A stretch of 64,000 nucleotides of DNA. Origin: Epiperipatus broadwayi. Its lineage: Eukaryota; Animalia; Onychophora. How positions within the stretch are numbered: position 1 is the first letter of the stretch; each line of letters opens with the position of its first letter. Below the pieces are notes generated by a model. The model did not search any database. It saw only the letters and a list, made by a program, of their open reading frames with translations, and was not told the origin of the DNA. The DNA is taken from NCBI GenBank assembly GCA_028023455.1, contig JAQFVV010000005.1:10850001-10914000 (forward strand), read 5' to 3'. Made by a program: the position numbers and the translations under genes. Below, piece after piece: positions 1-11,700 of the stretch.

Positions 1-385
1 ACTTTCTAGCATCAGTTGATTATTAGAGCTGTTTGCTGTTTTAATAGCTTGCATGATCATATAGAAAAGATGGTCATGTAATGTTGTAGTGGTTTAATAC
101 CAATCGTAGTCAAAGAATAGATGTTACTGGTTACTAAAAAACCAAAAATGTCAAAATATATAGATACTAAATTGACTTCAGATCTTTAGCTTGGATTGAA
201 TGTGTTTTCAATTTGTATAGATATTATAGTTAACCAAAAAAGTAAAAGATGAGTGCTGAGGAGATGCATAAGATTAAAAGAACTACATGCTCAGCGCTCA
301 GATCTAAGGTTCCACTGGTGAAAGCCATAATCTAGAAATTAAGATTTTGAATGGGAAAGCACTGAATAAACTTTATTGTATCTAT
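1..385 (+). repeat. Degenerate copy (about one unit) of the ~454-bp hammerhead-bearing repeat family
   Basis: Collinear with the reverse complement of 6686-7170 and 40304-40915 (gatggtcatgtaatgttgtagtggtttaataccaatc; gctcagatctaaggttcca). Decayed core ctggtga-a-agccataatct-a-gaaa at 315-338. Confidence 0.7.
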
Positions 386-429
386 TAGTTACTAAAGCAT
401 ATATTAGGTGGCATTGTGTTGTAAATTTT

Positions 430-957
430 TGCTACTAGTATGGAAAGTAAAAAGAGTTTAAATATATATAGAAGTAAATGGAACATTGGGTGCAAGTTAA
501 TTTATGATAATAGCAAGGAAAGTAGTTTATTGTTCAAGTCTTGAGCGGGATCTTGAGCAACAAGAGAATGTACACATAAATGAAAAAATATGGGTGATTT
601 AGTCTGCAAATTATGTAAGGAAGACATAGAAAATATTAGGCATCTGTTAATTAAATGTAAATGCTTGAAAGCAGAAAAGCTACAAATAATGAAGTTATGG
701 AAGAATAAATATGAACAAAGTGATTATACAGAAATTGGGTTATTGGTTTTTATGCTGGGTTTGGGAAAAGATAAGGATTTAGATATGAAGGCCATGGAGT
801 TGACAAAGATTATGTTGTGGAAATGGGATGGAGCAGATTATGGGAAAGCTTAGGATGGGGAATGGAAGGGGAAGGTAAAGTGGCTAACAGGTTTTTTTGG
901 GCATGGTTGCTGAGAGATTCCTGACTTCGTCTAAGGAGAAGTCACAGTGCATCACAT
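430..957 (+). mobile_element. 3' end of a non-LTR retrotransposon (decayed ORF2 C-terminus with CX2CX8HX4C zinc knuckle, plus 3' UTR and catca tail)
   Basis: ORF 590-853 contains CKLCKEDIENIRHLLIKC. Upstream reads MESKKSLNIYR...YDNSKESSLLFKS with stops. The 3' UTR (877-957) recurs at 58944-59025. Confidence 0.7.
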
Positions 958-1395
958 TACTGATTCAAAATCTGCAGTTGTGACGATTATGAAGTAGTAT
1001 ACATATATATATATATATATAATAAATGTTAATGTATAAAGAATTGTTTAATAAAATCTAGATATTGTTTCTTATAACTTTTTCTCTCTGTAGTTAAAAG
1101 ATGTGAAAATATTTTTTTGATACATTATAATAAATTTTGTTACCTAAAACTAAGTTTAATGTATAAAATTCTTATTCTTGTCTTTCTTTCATTGTGGACT
1201 TAAATAATTTATGTTTTTGAGCATGCTTTGTTTGTAAATAGATCACTATATTATCATAGAAAGAAAGACATTATAGCACGAGGATATTATTTTATCAAAT
1301 GTTTTTCAGTAATAGAAGTATTATTCTAAGTATATTCTAATTATAAATGAAACTGTTAGATTGTCTGACTATTAGTCGAATTCTCATTCAGATAA

Positions 1396-1859
1396 TGGAC
1401 CACCCTCTTCTTGTTAAATTCTCTGTCTTGTATTTACGATCTGATTGGTTGTTGAATAGTAATAAGTGCGAGAGGTTTGCAGTTTCAATTTAATTTCAAT
1501 ACTGTTTGCGCTTTGTAAAATAAATATTATTTACATACGTTACTGCAAGTTATAACATCTAAAAACTACTGCGTAGTAAATTGTAGGATTTCATACTGTA
1601 TGTTTGTAATATAGACTCAGTGAGTTAAATGTGAAGATATTTAAAGTTTCATGCTTTAAGATCTAAATACTTCAGACTGGCTTGGATATGTAGAAAGACA
1701 AGTAAAAAGGAGGGTGGACCGCCCTCTTCTTGTTAAATTCTCTGTCTTGTATTTACGATCTGATTGGCTGTTGAATAGTAATAAGCACGAGAGGTTTGCA
1801 GTCTGTCAATTTAATTTCAATACTGTTTGCGCTTTGTAAAATAAATATTATTTACATAC
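1396..1859 (+). repeat. Direct repeat pair of ~143 bp (1396-1538 and 1715-1859)
   Basis: Both copies start tggacc(a/g)ccctcttcttgttaaattctctgtc and end aaataaatattatttacatac, with only a few differences. Confidence 0.9.
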
Positions 1860-2199
1860 AGATAGTTGTAAATTGATAATCGGAAATATAACTTGGGTTT
1901 TTTTAAGAATACTTCAGTATAATTTTAACAAAAAGAGAAATATGTAGTTTTATTGTCATTATCATCCTAATTACTAATTGAGATCTGAATTTAGGTTCTC
2001 TGTGTTTAATAAAATATTTAATAACTTTTTAGTGCCCATACATAAATGATGAATAACATGCCATATGATTTAAAATATAAAATTTATGCATGTAATTGCA
2101 AGCTTTGTATTTCATAAAATAAAAAAATGATAGTATTGGTAGCCTGCATTTCCTAAAAAAAAAAGCGAAAGATGAATTGTATAATGATTAAACAAAGTA

Positions 2200-2550
2200 A
2201 TCTGTGAACTCTTAAATATGTCCACATACTTTAAATGCTGGTCTTTTAATCTGGTAATTTGATATTTTGCAATTGCTGTTGTTAATTTTGTCGAAAATTT
2301 GTCTTCATGAAAACTACAAAATTTGGCATTACAAATATCCAATCATTTCTATCCTCATATATATCTTTTCAAGGGCAATAGTCAGAATTGTACTTTTTAA
2401 GTCTCTTTGAGGCAATCTTTATAAGGAAAATGAGGTCTATCAATTCCACAAAAATTTTCTTCAAGTTTACCATAAAACTTTTTTTCAGGGTCTCTAAATC
2501 TTCATCCATTCCATATGCCTAACCAAATACATGTAGATAATAATTTATTC
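2200..2550 (-). mobile_element. RTE-clade LINE C-terminal remnant
   Basis: Minus-strand translation with frameshifts gives GH(V)xRM-like, PEKxFYGKLEE, RPHFPYKDCLKETLK-like and DRNDW motifs typical of RTE ORF ends. Confidence 0.5.
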
Positions 2551-4899
2551 ACTATCATAACACAACCATGTTAACAACATATTGACTGATTTCATAATTT
2601 TGCCATCATATTTTCAAAGTACTGAAAGATATGGTTAAATTAAATATTGTTATTAATTTTTGACATGTTAGTAAAGAGTTATCTATTTCCATACTATAAA
2701 TGAATTTGGCAGAATAACTACCCTATGTACAAGTTACTTGGTTTATTTAGTTAGATCCATATGAAAAATATCTTGTGTAATAATACTGCAGCATTCAAGT
2801 AAAAGATAATAGATATAGCATTTGTGACCAATATATTACTGTTTCATAGGTAAAGCCAAAAAATTATTTATCTTGTTAAAACAATTTAGTGTACAACTAG
2901 AAAATAATTATTATTTTTTATTGACTTGGATAACAATTTGTTAAAAGTTTATAAAAATAATATTAGCATTATTTAATCATATATCATGAAGATAACTTTC
3001 TTTTGTTCAACTATTCTACACTACTTTGAATTGGATGTAAATTTGAGTAGGATTGAATATATTTTGAACAAATCTATCATAATTGTATTTAGTCAAATAC
3101 CAGTTGTGGTTCTAAAATAGAATTTAAGGTGTATGACCTAAATAGTTATTGAAAATTTGTGATTTTTATAAGTTTTAACCAAATCCTTTGAAACATAGCA
3201 TAGTATGTATTTTAAAACTATTTAAAGTATGAATTCCAAAATATCAAAAATTAGTGAATACCATAGAAAGGAAGGCAAATTACATTTTAATCATGAATTA
3301 AAACTTTTGTTTTGATTGATAAAAGTCTGAAGCTAGGAGACAATTGTTATATTATGGTCTTGAAAAATGCCTCTTTGTATATTATTTTTAATTGCAAAAT
3401 TAATTCTAGATTGTGAGACAAAAATAAAATCCAAGTGCTTTTGTGCAAGATGATTGAAAGAAAAATATAGTTTTTTTTCATTTAAAATATTTTTCCCACA
3501 CGGAAATACATAAATATGATTGTCTCATAAAGTATGAATTACAAAACCTCATAAGTTTATATTTATGTAAAGCTTCTGTAACAAATATGGAAAACATAAT
3601 CTTGTTTAAATATTATTGCTTACATAATATGCACAGTTTCTATATGTATAATTGTGGATTAAGATTGGTATTTTTAATAAACTTTGTGCTTACATGTTTC
3701 TGATTACTGAAAACTTCATAAATGATATACTATATCTGATCTAATTGAATTATCTTCATATGGTTTATTGATGGTTATGTTTTCTTAAAATACCTTATTG
3801 GGTTTTCATGCTTCTCTGTGATATGAAATCAAGCATATTTCTCTTGTGTTTTTTTATCTATATTTTCTATATGATCCATTTTAAAGATCTTAATAGATTG
3901 CTTTTAATTTTCTCATAAATAACGAATCAGAAAGTTCAATAGTTGAAGTAACTGAACAAATGAAGGTTGTTCATATTGCTTACATGCCAAAAGTAAATTG
4001 TTGATTAATAAATTTCTTGCTGATAACTAAACTAACCAACTTGTCTATTATTTTTATTTTAATCACTAATTACATTAATAGATCTTATTATTGCTCTAGT
4101 TTTATTGGTATTTAATTATTTCTTTATTCATTTGATTGTTTTTTAGTTATTATTGTTTCTTCTATTTAATGTTTGTATTTTGAATGTACTCCCAATTTTT
4201 AATCTGATTTTTATTATATTTACCAGATGTACCTGGCCTTGGCCATCATTTTGATATGTGAATTTGACATCAAACAAAAGATTTGAATATTATATAAATA
4301 AATGTGAGAAATGTATATGGTCTGAAAGTCCATTTTTTGTAATTAAATTTTTTTTTTCCATTTTACAATTGCGAAATTTGACAGCAATTTTGTAATAGTT
4401 TTTTTAATTATTGCATATGGAAAGGTTGTTGTTTTTTAACATGGTTGCTTTAACAATTTTTTTTAATATTTAACATAAATTAAACAAAAGATTTTAATAT
4501 TACATTAATAACTGTGAGCAGTGTATTCAGTCTGAAAGGCAGTCATTACTCATATGTGAATTTGTCATTGTAAAGTACAACTATATATAGTACGATTATT
4601 TACTGGAAGACCCACTGAATAAAAAAAATGTCTTGAAAGGCTGTTGTTTTTATAATATTATTATTTACTGAATGTAAATATAGTGCTATAGCATCAATTT
4701 TTTTTTACCATCATGAAATATCATATTTCAAACCTGAATTTATGTACTGTAATCACATTTTCTCCATGATTTAAATACTATACCTTTGCAATTCAAAGCA
4801 TCTGTACTGATTTTTTTTCTGATCATTGTTTATTAATGGCAACTTTCTTCACTTAAACATAATAATAAGCAAACCAAAACTAAGTGTAAATGCAGTACT

Positions 4900-6685
4900 A
4901 CAGCTTCTATTTCTTTCCTTCACTAAATATCACATTTCACCCATGAATTAAATACTATTTTGGCTATTCTCTTTCCATCTATAAATTGCACTGTACCAAA
5001 TATTTTCATTTTGCTTTTTGCATCTCTCATATATTCAATCTTGACTATTCAATCTTGACTATCCCATTTCTCCTTGAGTTACCTCTTTTGCCATGTACAC
5101 ATCTGCGTCCAGTGCATGTCTTTGTACTTTTTCTAATTAATCTAATATCCCTTTACTAACACACAATGCATAATTACTATATGTTAACCCTGCTACTGCT
5201 ACTGCCACTCTGTTCCATTATAAATTAAAATTTGACTGCCACTCTGTTCCATATAATTCTTACTACATCATATTTATTATATGACAACACTTTTAATTTC
5301 TTTATCAATCTCTTTTCTTTGCTTTATTTATCAATTTTTTTTCTCATTTATTCAAGCAATTCTTCTGATTACTTAAGACTATTCACAAATAGTTATACCT
5401 ATTGACCACATTTAACTTTATAATCCCCCCAAAAAAATTCTTCTTCTCTTTTCCCAGCATTTATTATCATTATTTTTTATTTTTCTTCACTAAATTTGAT
5501 CTCAATCTCTTTTCCCACCCTTGCGTAAATCACAACTTCCATATCTTCCCAACTTTCTGTGCACAAGAAAATATCAGAAAATAATAGATGTGATGATATA
5601 TACACTCCCTTGCATCTATTAATGGTATCTTTACTTCTTTTCCTATTCTTTATTTTTCTCCATTTTTTTTCAAATATAACAACAAAATAGATGACATAGG
5701 ACATCCTTGCCTTAGTCTCATCCCATTTTTAACTCTAATTCTATATTTCATAATTGAAATATAGAATTATTTTCAGACAATCTCTTAATAAGATCGACTA
5801 AAACTCCATTCATTTCAAATTTACTGAACTTACCCATAATCTCTTTCTATTTACTCTATCATATGCCTTTTCTATGTCTATAAAAACCATATCTCTCTAT
5901 CTGTATTCCTATTCATATCTATAAGTTGTGTGACTACAACTAAACTCGAATATCTGTTCTAAAACCTTTTTGTATTTCTCCCACTATATTATTTTTGTCC
6001 ATCCATTTTGCCATTCTTTCATCCACCATATATACAAAAATTTTATATAACACCGACATTACTGCTACCAGTTTATAATTGTTTATCTATAGTTTTTACT
6101 CTTTGCTTTAAATAATAGCTTCACACATATTCTTTCAACTCTTGAGAGATCTGTCTTCTATACCATCTTATTAAAACATGATAGATAGATTTAATTTTAC
6201 CCTATTTCCCAAATTCATCACTTCTCTGTGCTGATTCATCTAAAATTCTTGTTTCCACTTTTCAACTTTTTCTCTGCGTCATTCAATTTATTTTCTGTAA
6301 AACTATTATTTCCATTACTAGGTGCTTTTATATTTATCACTCTCTCCTTCACATTTAGTCTCTCATTCTTCTCTAGATCTACACTCTTTCTTCTCACCAT
6401 TTAGTAATACTATTTCTCTCTCCCTACATTCCTTCTTTAAATATACTTCCAAATTTTTTTACTCCCATCTCTTCCACTTTTATTAATATTCTCCATTAAT
6501 TTAGTATTTAATTTTATTCTCTCTATATAATTATCTATTTTAGCCAACTGTTTTTATTTAAATAGTTTCCCAATTTAATATTAACATTTTGTTCACTTTC
6601 TTTATTTTTAATAGCACATTTATATTCTCTGCATGTTTTCTTTTTCTCTTTTATACTTTTACTAATTCTCATTTTTCTATTACTT
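4900..6685 (-). mobile_element. Decayed LINE ORF2 reverse transcriptase region
   Basis: Minus-strand motifs NNYKLVAVMSVLYKIF (~6050-6090), FIDIEKAYDRVNRERLW (~5840-5890), LRQGCPMS (~5695-5720) and HLLFSD (~5575-5590). Many stops and frameshifts. Confidence 0.85.
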
Positions 6686-7350
6686 TTATTATTAAACAAA
6701 GCAAAACTCTCCATACAGTAGTGCAATCCTGTGCCAACCAGAGTAATCAATGGATGCCAGAAGGCTTGTGCATAAAATCCCTATCTAGTGCCTACTCATC
6801 GAATATTCCCAGACTAGTTTCTGGTTTGTGGCCTTCGTCAGGGAGGAGCCTTGGATCTGAGAGCACTGCACCTAGATCTTAGGATCTAATGCAACCCTCC
6901 AGCAGCCACCTTTTAACTCTACTTAACTACAAAACTATGAGAATGAAATTGAAAACAATATTTTTAATCTAAGCTCAATAGCTTATATAGTCATATGGGT
7001 CTGAACTCAGTTCAACACCCATACATTTTGGTGTCTTTGGCTCTTTAACAACCATAGCCACCACTATCCTATTAGGCAGGATTGGTGTTAAACCACTAAA
7101 CATCACATGATCACTATCTCTTACACTAATGCATAATTGTTATTAAACAAGGCAAAACTCTCCATACTATTTTCAATCCAAGCTCATTAGCTTATATACA
7201 CTAGATGGATTTTATACACAAGCCTTCTGGTATCTATTGATTACTCTGGCTTGCACTGAGTGGCAATACATATAGAGTTTTGCCTGTTTTAATAAGTTTT
7301 AAGCAAGCATAAGAAATGGTGATCATGTAATGTTTATTGGCTTAATACAT
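6686..7350 (-). mobile_element. ~451-bp hammerhead repeat-family copy (6686-7170) followed by an inverted partial copy (~7205-7350), nested in the LINE
   Basis: gcaaaactctccatac occurs at 6701 and 7152 (period 451). Highly similar to 40304-40915. The segment 7205-7350 is the reverse complement of family sequence. Confidence 0.85.
6805..6848 (-). ncRNA. Minimal type-I hammerhead ribozyme, degenerate copy
   Basis: Minus strand reads ctcctcc-CTGACGA-aggccacaaacca-GAAA-ctag-TC-tgggaat. The core is intact, but helix I position 1 and helix II carry mismatches. Confidence 0.65.
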
Positions 7351-7394
7351 AATCTAGTGTGTGAAATATATTATTTCTAGATTGTGTATTGCCA

Positions 7395-7872
7395 CTGCTC
7401 AAATTCACCCTGACAAAAATTTTTCTAAAGCTGTTCATTCTTGTTATCCAAGCCATCAATTTTTTCAATATGTTAATTTATATCCCCTATAAACATTATT
7501 TTCTTCCTCTTTTTTTTTGAAACTCTGTATATTCTTAAATAGGCATTCATATATACTACTGTTCATCTCCAGTGGCTATATACACTATAGCTACCATCCA
7601 TTCTTATCTTTCCTAATCTTATTTCAAATCACAAATGTTCTTGAAACTTTAGTCTTTAAATTTTTTTTTACATAACTCCTGCACCAAAATCTCTTTTTTT
7701 CTTTTCTATTTATGTCCTGCCATATCAAATTTTGCAGTGTAGGTTCTTCTCTTAGATGTATTCCTACTTCTGTTAATACCTCAAATCTTTCATTTTTAAC
7801 TGCTTCATTTAATTCCAACCACTTTTCTGGTCTTTTACCACCTTTATTCAAATATCCAATTTTAACATTTTT
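7395..7872 (-). mobile_element. Decayed LINE apurinic endonuclease domain (ORF2 N-terminus)
   Basis: KIGYLNKGGKRPEKWLELNE...VLTEVGIHLREEP, and downstream IMFIGDIN*HIEKIDG (GDFNAH-like motif). Confidence 0.75.
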
Positions 7873-8051
7873 TTTTTTTACTTTCCTTATATAATTTTTT
7901 TCTTCTTTCTTTCTGGATCAGTACCCTTCCCATGAATTCTTAACCTTCTTTTTTGATAATACTGTAATTTAAAACCCCATCATCCTTTATAAGTTTTCTG
8001 AACTATATTTATCATAAATCAAACCTTTAATGCTTTCACTTTCTTGTCTTG

Positions 8052-8760
8052 CTAAATGCAATCCATCTTTACTAATAAAAAAATCCCACCACTCCACAAG
8101 TATATTATTTTTTCCACATAAATTTTTTCAATCTCATTTATAGAACATGCCCTATCTAACATATACCTATTGTCAAATCTTGGTAGGTATCTTACTACTC
8201 CTACTCTTACTTTAACATTATTCAAACTACTAAAAAATTCTTTGTACTCATTCATTACTCTCTATAATAACTGATAAATTATTTGTCTTTATCATAACAT
8301 AAATATTCTTACCTGTTTATTTACCTTTAACATTCCTAATTCTAACTCCAAGCAAACATACTTCTACATACCTATCTCTATTTTCCTTTGCAATTACATC
8401 TCCACATCCTCTAATTAGCAAGTCTCCTATCAAGACTTTCTCATAGTTCATTTTCCCTAATTTATCTTTAACATTCTTTTCAACTTTCTGAACTTCTTTA
8501 CCTATTTCTTCCTTATTGTTTTTACTCATTTATTCCTTAATCTGCTCACACTTAATATCTAATACTTTTAATTTTACTTCTACATTCTTTACCTCTTCCT
8601 CTATCTTACTTATTCTTTGTCCTAACCCCATTGCATTTTTTTTGTCATCCATATCTCTTGTCACTCTACTAAATATATATACTCCATTCTATCATCCTAA
8701 TCTACATTTTCCTCCAATTGTCCTGACTTCTCTTTAAATTATTTATGCTTAAGAACCATG
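8052..8760 (-). mobile_element. Decayed LINE ORF1 with SGNH/GDSL esterase-like domain
   Basis: KVLIGDLLIRG (GDS block), VCLLGVRI (PGAR-like), VGVVRYLPR, RACSIN and KMDCI (DGxH-like). It lies directly upstream of the endonuclease on the same strand. Confidence 0.7.
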
Positions 8761-11700
8761 TTCTTCACTTCTCATCACATTTATATATAATCTACAGAAC
8801 CATATATCTTTTCTAGTCTTATTTAAGCACACTTTTGGTGGCTCTACCTGGTGTGTACAATGAATATGCAACCAGTATCAAATTTTCTTATTAACAAATC
8901 TAGGCAGACTTACAATTTGATTCAAAAAGTTGATGCAGAACATTAGATATTAGAGGTCATCGCATTATCTGGGGAAAATAGAGTACTTTTTTACATTTGA
9001 ATAAGTTACAGAATAACATTTTGCCCTTTTTTATTATAGTTAATATTGGGATAGAAAACAATGATGTTTTATTAAATCATAACTTGTAAAAATGCAATTT
9101 TTTAAAATTAATTAAAATGTCCTGTTTATTCATAATTTATATAAAAATAACATATGTATGAACTTTACATTTTATGAAGCATCTCCAAATTTAAATGCTA
9201 AAATAATCTTAAGGTAATATTAAGCAATTACTAACTGCATCAACAAAAACTAAGACCTTTTGTCTGGTTATACTGACTGCATGTATTTCTTCATTGCTGG
9301 TTTATTTTTTGCTAATTTTTAAATTTCTAATAATTTTTCTAATAGTATTTTCAAAACTGAATAAATTATGCACTTTCTAAGATAAGGGATATTTTTCATC
9401 TTTTATGTTATGTTTATATTATCATGCATGCATTTTATTAAATATAAAGAAGAAGCAAAATTTCTTTTACATTTGATTGGTTCAACAAAAATTGCATGAA
9501 AATCAATAAATATTGGGAATCAAATTCATACAAGAATAATGTTTGTCCAGTAGCATAACAACCAATTTGCAATATTTACTATTTTATATATAGTTTAGAA
9601 TAAATAATCAATGCATAAATATTAATATTGTATTATTTTTAATATATATATTGTAACCCCTCTCACCTATCACTAATATTAATAATTACCCAGGGCGCCA
9701 ATTCTATTAATCATAGAATAAAATATTCATTTAATTTTACTTAAATTTACTCATGAGGCTCTTAATTAAAGATTTACCTAACCTAACTCAGTTGAGGGAT
9801 ACAGAGGTGTATGAAGTGTACAATGTACCCTAGATGTGGGAGAAAATAATTATTAATAGGAATAAACATCTATTAATTTCTCTTCTAGAAAAATAATCAA
9901 TTAGTAAATTCTACCAGCTAAATTTAATTTAGTAATAATTTATATCTCACCTCCTCCCATTATCCATATACACTGGACAACCTCTAACACATTATACAAT
10001 TAACTAATAACTAAAATAAAATAAAAAGTAATATTTCAGAAATTGTAATGTATAACTCATTATAATTTAAACTTATTAAATCCATCATTAATAAACCTTA
10101 ATTACACACTAATCTAGTTAAATGAACTTATTGTTTAATCTAAATGCTATATTAAAGACCTCAGGGAATTAATTCATAGTATGGCTTGATTTGATATTTC
10201 TGTACTCAAATTATTACTTCAACGCTATAAAATAATATTATAAATCAAACAATACCCTAACTAAATATTTACAGTTAGATAATGAAAGAAATAGGGTACA
10301 TTTTGATTTCAATTCACCATCTAAACAAAATTAAATAACAAAACCCTTTTAAAATGATCAGTAGGCAATAGGCATCTCATATAGTGCTTGAATCAAGGAA
10401 ATCAACATCATCATCTTGAGATTTGTTATCATTAAATAAAATACAGTTATATTTTATTAAATAAAATAAATGTGTAAACATGTGTGGGGATGTAGAACAC
10501 GAATGAATGTTAAGAAGAAATTCCAAAATACAAACTTAAATAACAAAACTTTTATTAATCAATTAACACAAAAATATATATATATATAGTAAATCAACAT
10601 TTATCTTTTGTTGATACTGACACAATCCAATAAAGGACTTAAGATCCTTAGGAATAACTCATACATAGTATGTAACATTATATAACCCATTAATTTTATA
10701 TATCTGCCACACTTATTCTTTAAAGTAATTAATAACTTGATAACATTGGTCTAATATGTTAAATGAATTCAATAAATTCCTATTATCTATTGTGACCACT
10801 GGCCATTTAGCTATTATGGATTACTGGTGGACTGTTACAAGATAAACTAATAAATTTGCTTTACACTTTAATGACTAATTACCAAAATTATCTTTTTATT
10901 CAACATTTATTGAATAGTAATTATTTTTCCAACTAAATTTTTTAACAACATAATTACCATTCTAAAGATTACATAAGCTAGGATTTTGCATTGTTATGTT
11001 TAATTATATGAAATAACTCAAAATAAGGGGATTTTCCTGGAATAATCTGAAATCATCTTACCACAAAAAAAAAATAATACTTTTGTTAACCAAATGCAAT
11101 TTTGCTTTTAAGTAAAATATACTATTAAATTTAGATTTTGCTTTGCCAAATATAAATAAGTCTTGGTGCTCACCAACCAATACCCTGTCCTTGATTAATT
11201 ATTTATACAATTATAATCTAAGAATAGAATAAATGAACTAAAATTTAAATAACTATTACAAATATTTTTCAATGATAAGGGAAAAATTCTGCATTTAATG
11301 ATAAAAATTTTTTTTATATTCAATTAAATTTAATACTCTGTGCATGTATCTGTCTTATACAGTGTGTCAAATACTATAATTAAGTAATGTCAATAAATCT
11401 CATCGGTTTGCTTATGATGTATTAACTATAATCATAATACGGTTGGAAGTGAAGATCGACCAATTTTATTCATCAACTATAACACAGTTGTTTTATAAGA
11501 CATCATACTTTCCTTTTATTCTTCCTTTTATCACAAACTATTATACACTAGGCTATAGCATGAGCTGGAAAACATCCAATACTCATATGGGATCACAGAT
11601 TTATAACTCAAATAGATAAATATAACAACCACTACCAAGTCTATCTTTCATACTAAATAACTGGTGGAACAACACATCACCAAATGAAAACTGTGTGGAT

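Noticed and set aside
9652-10570. Solo LTR call (TG start, tggcgccc on the minus strand, ggggatgt)
   Set aside because: The PBS-like and PPT-like motifs are not in a consistent order, and no second LTR or TSD was found.
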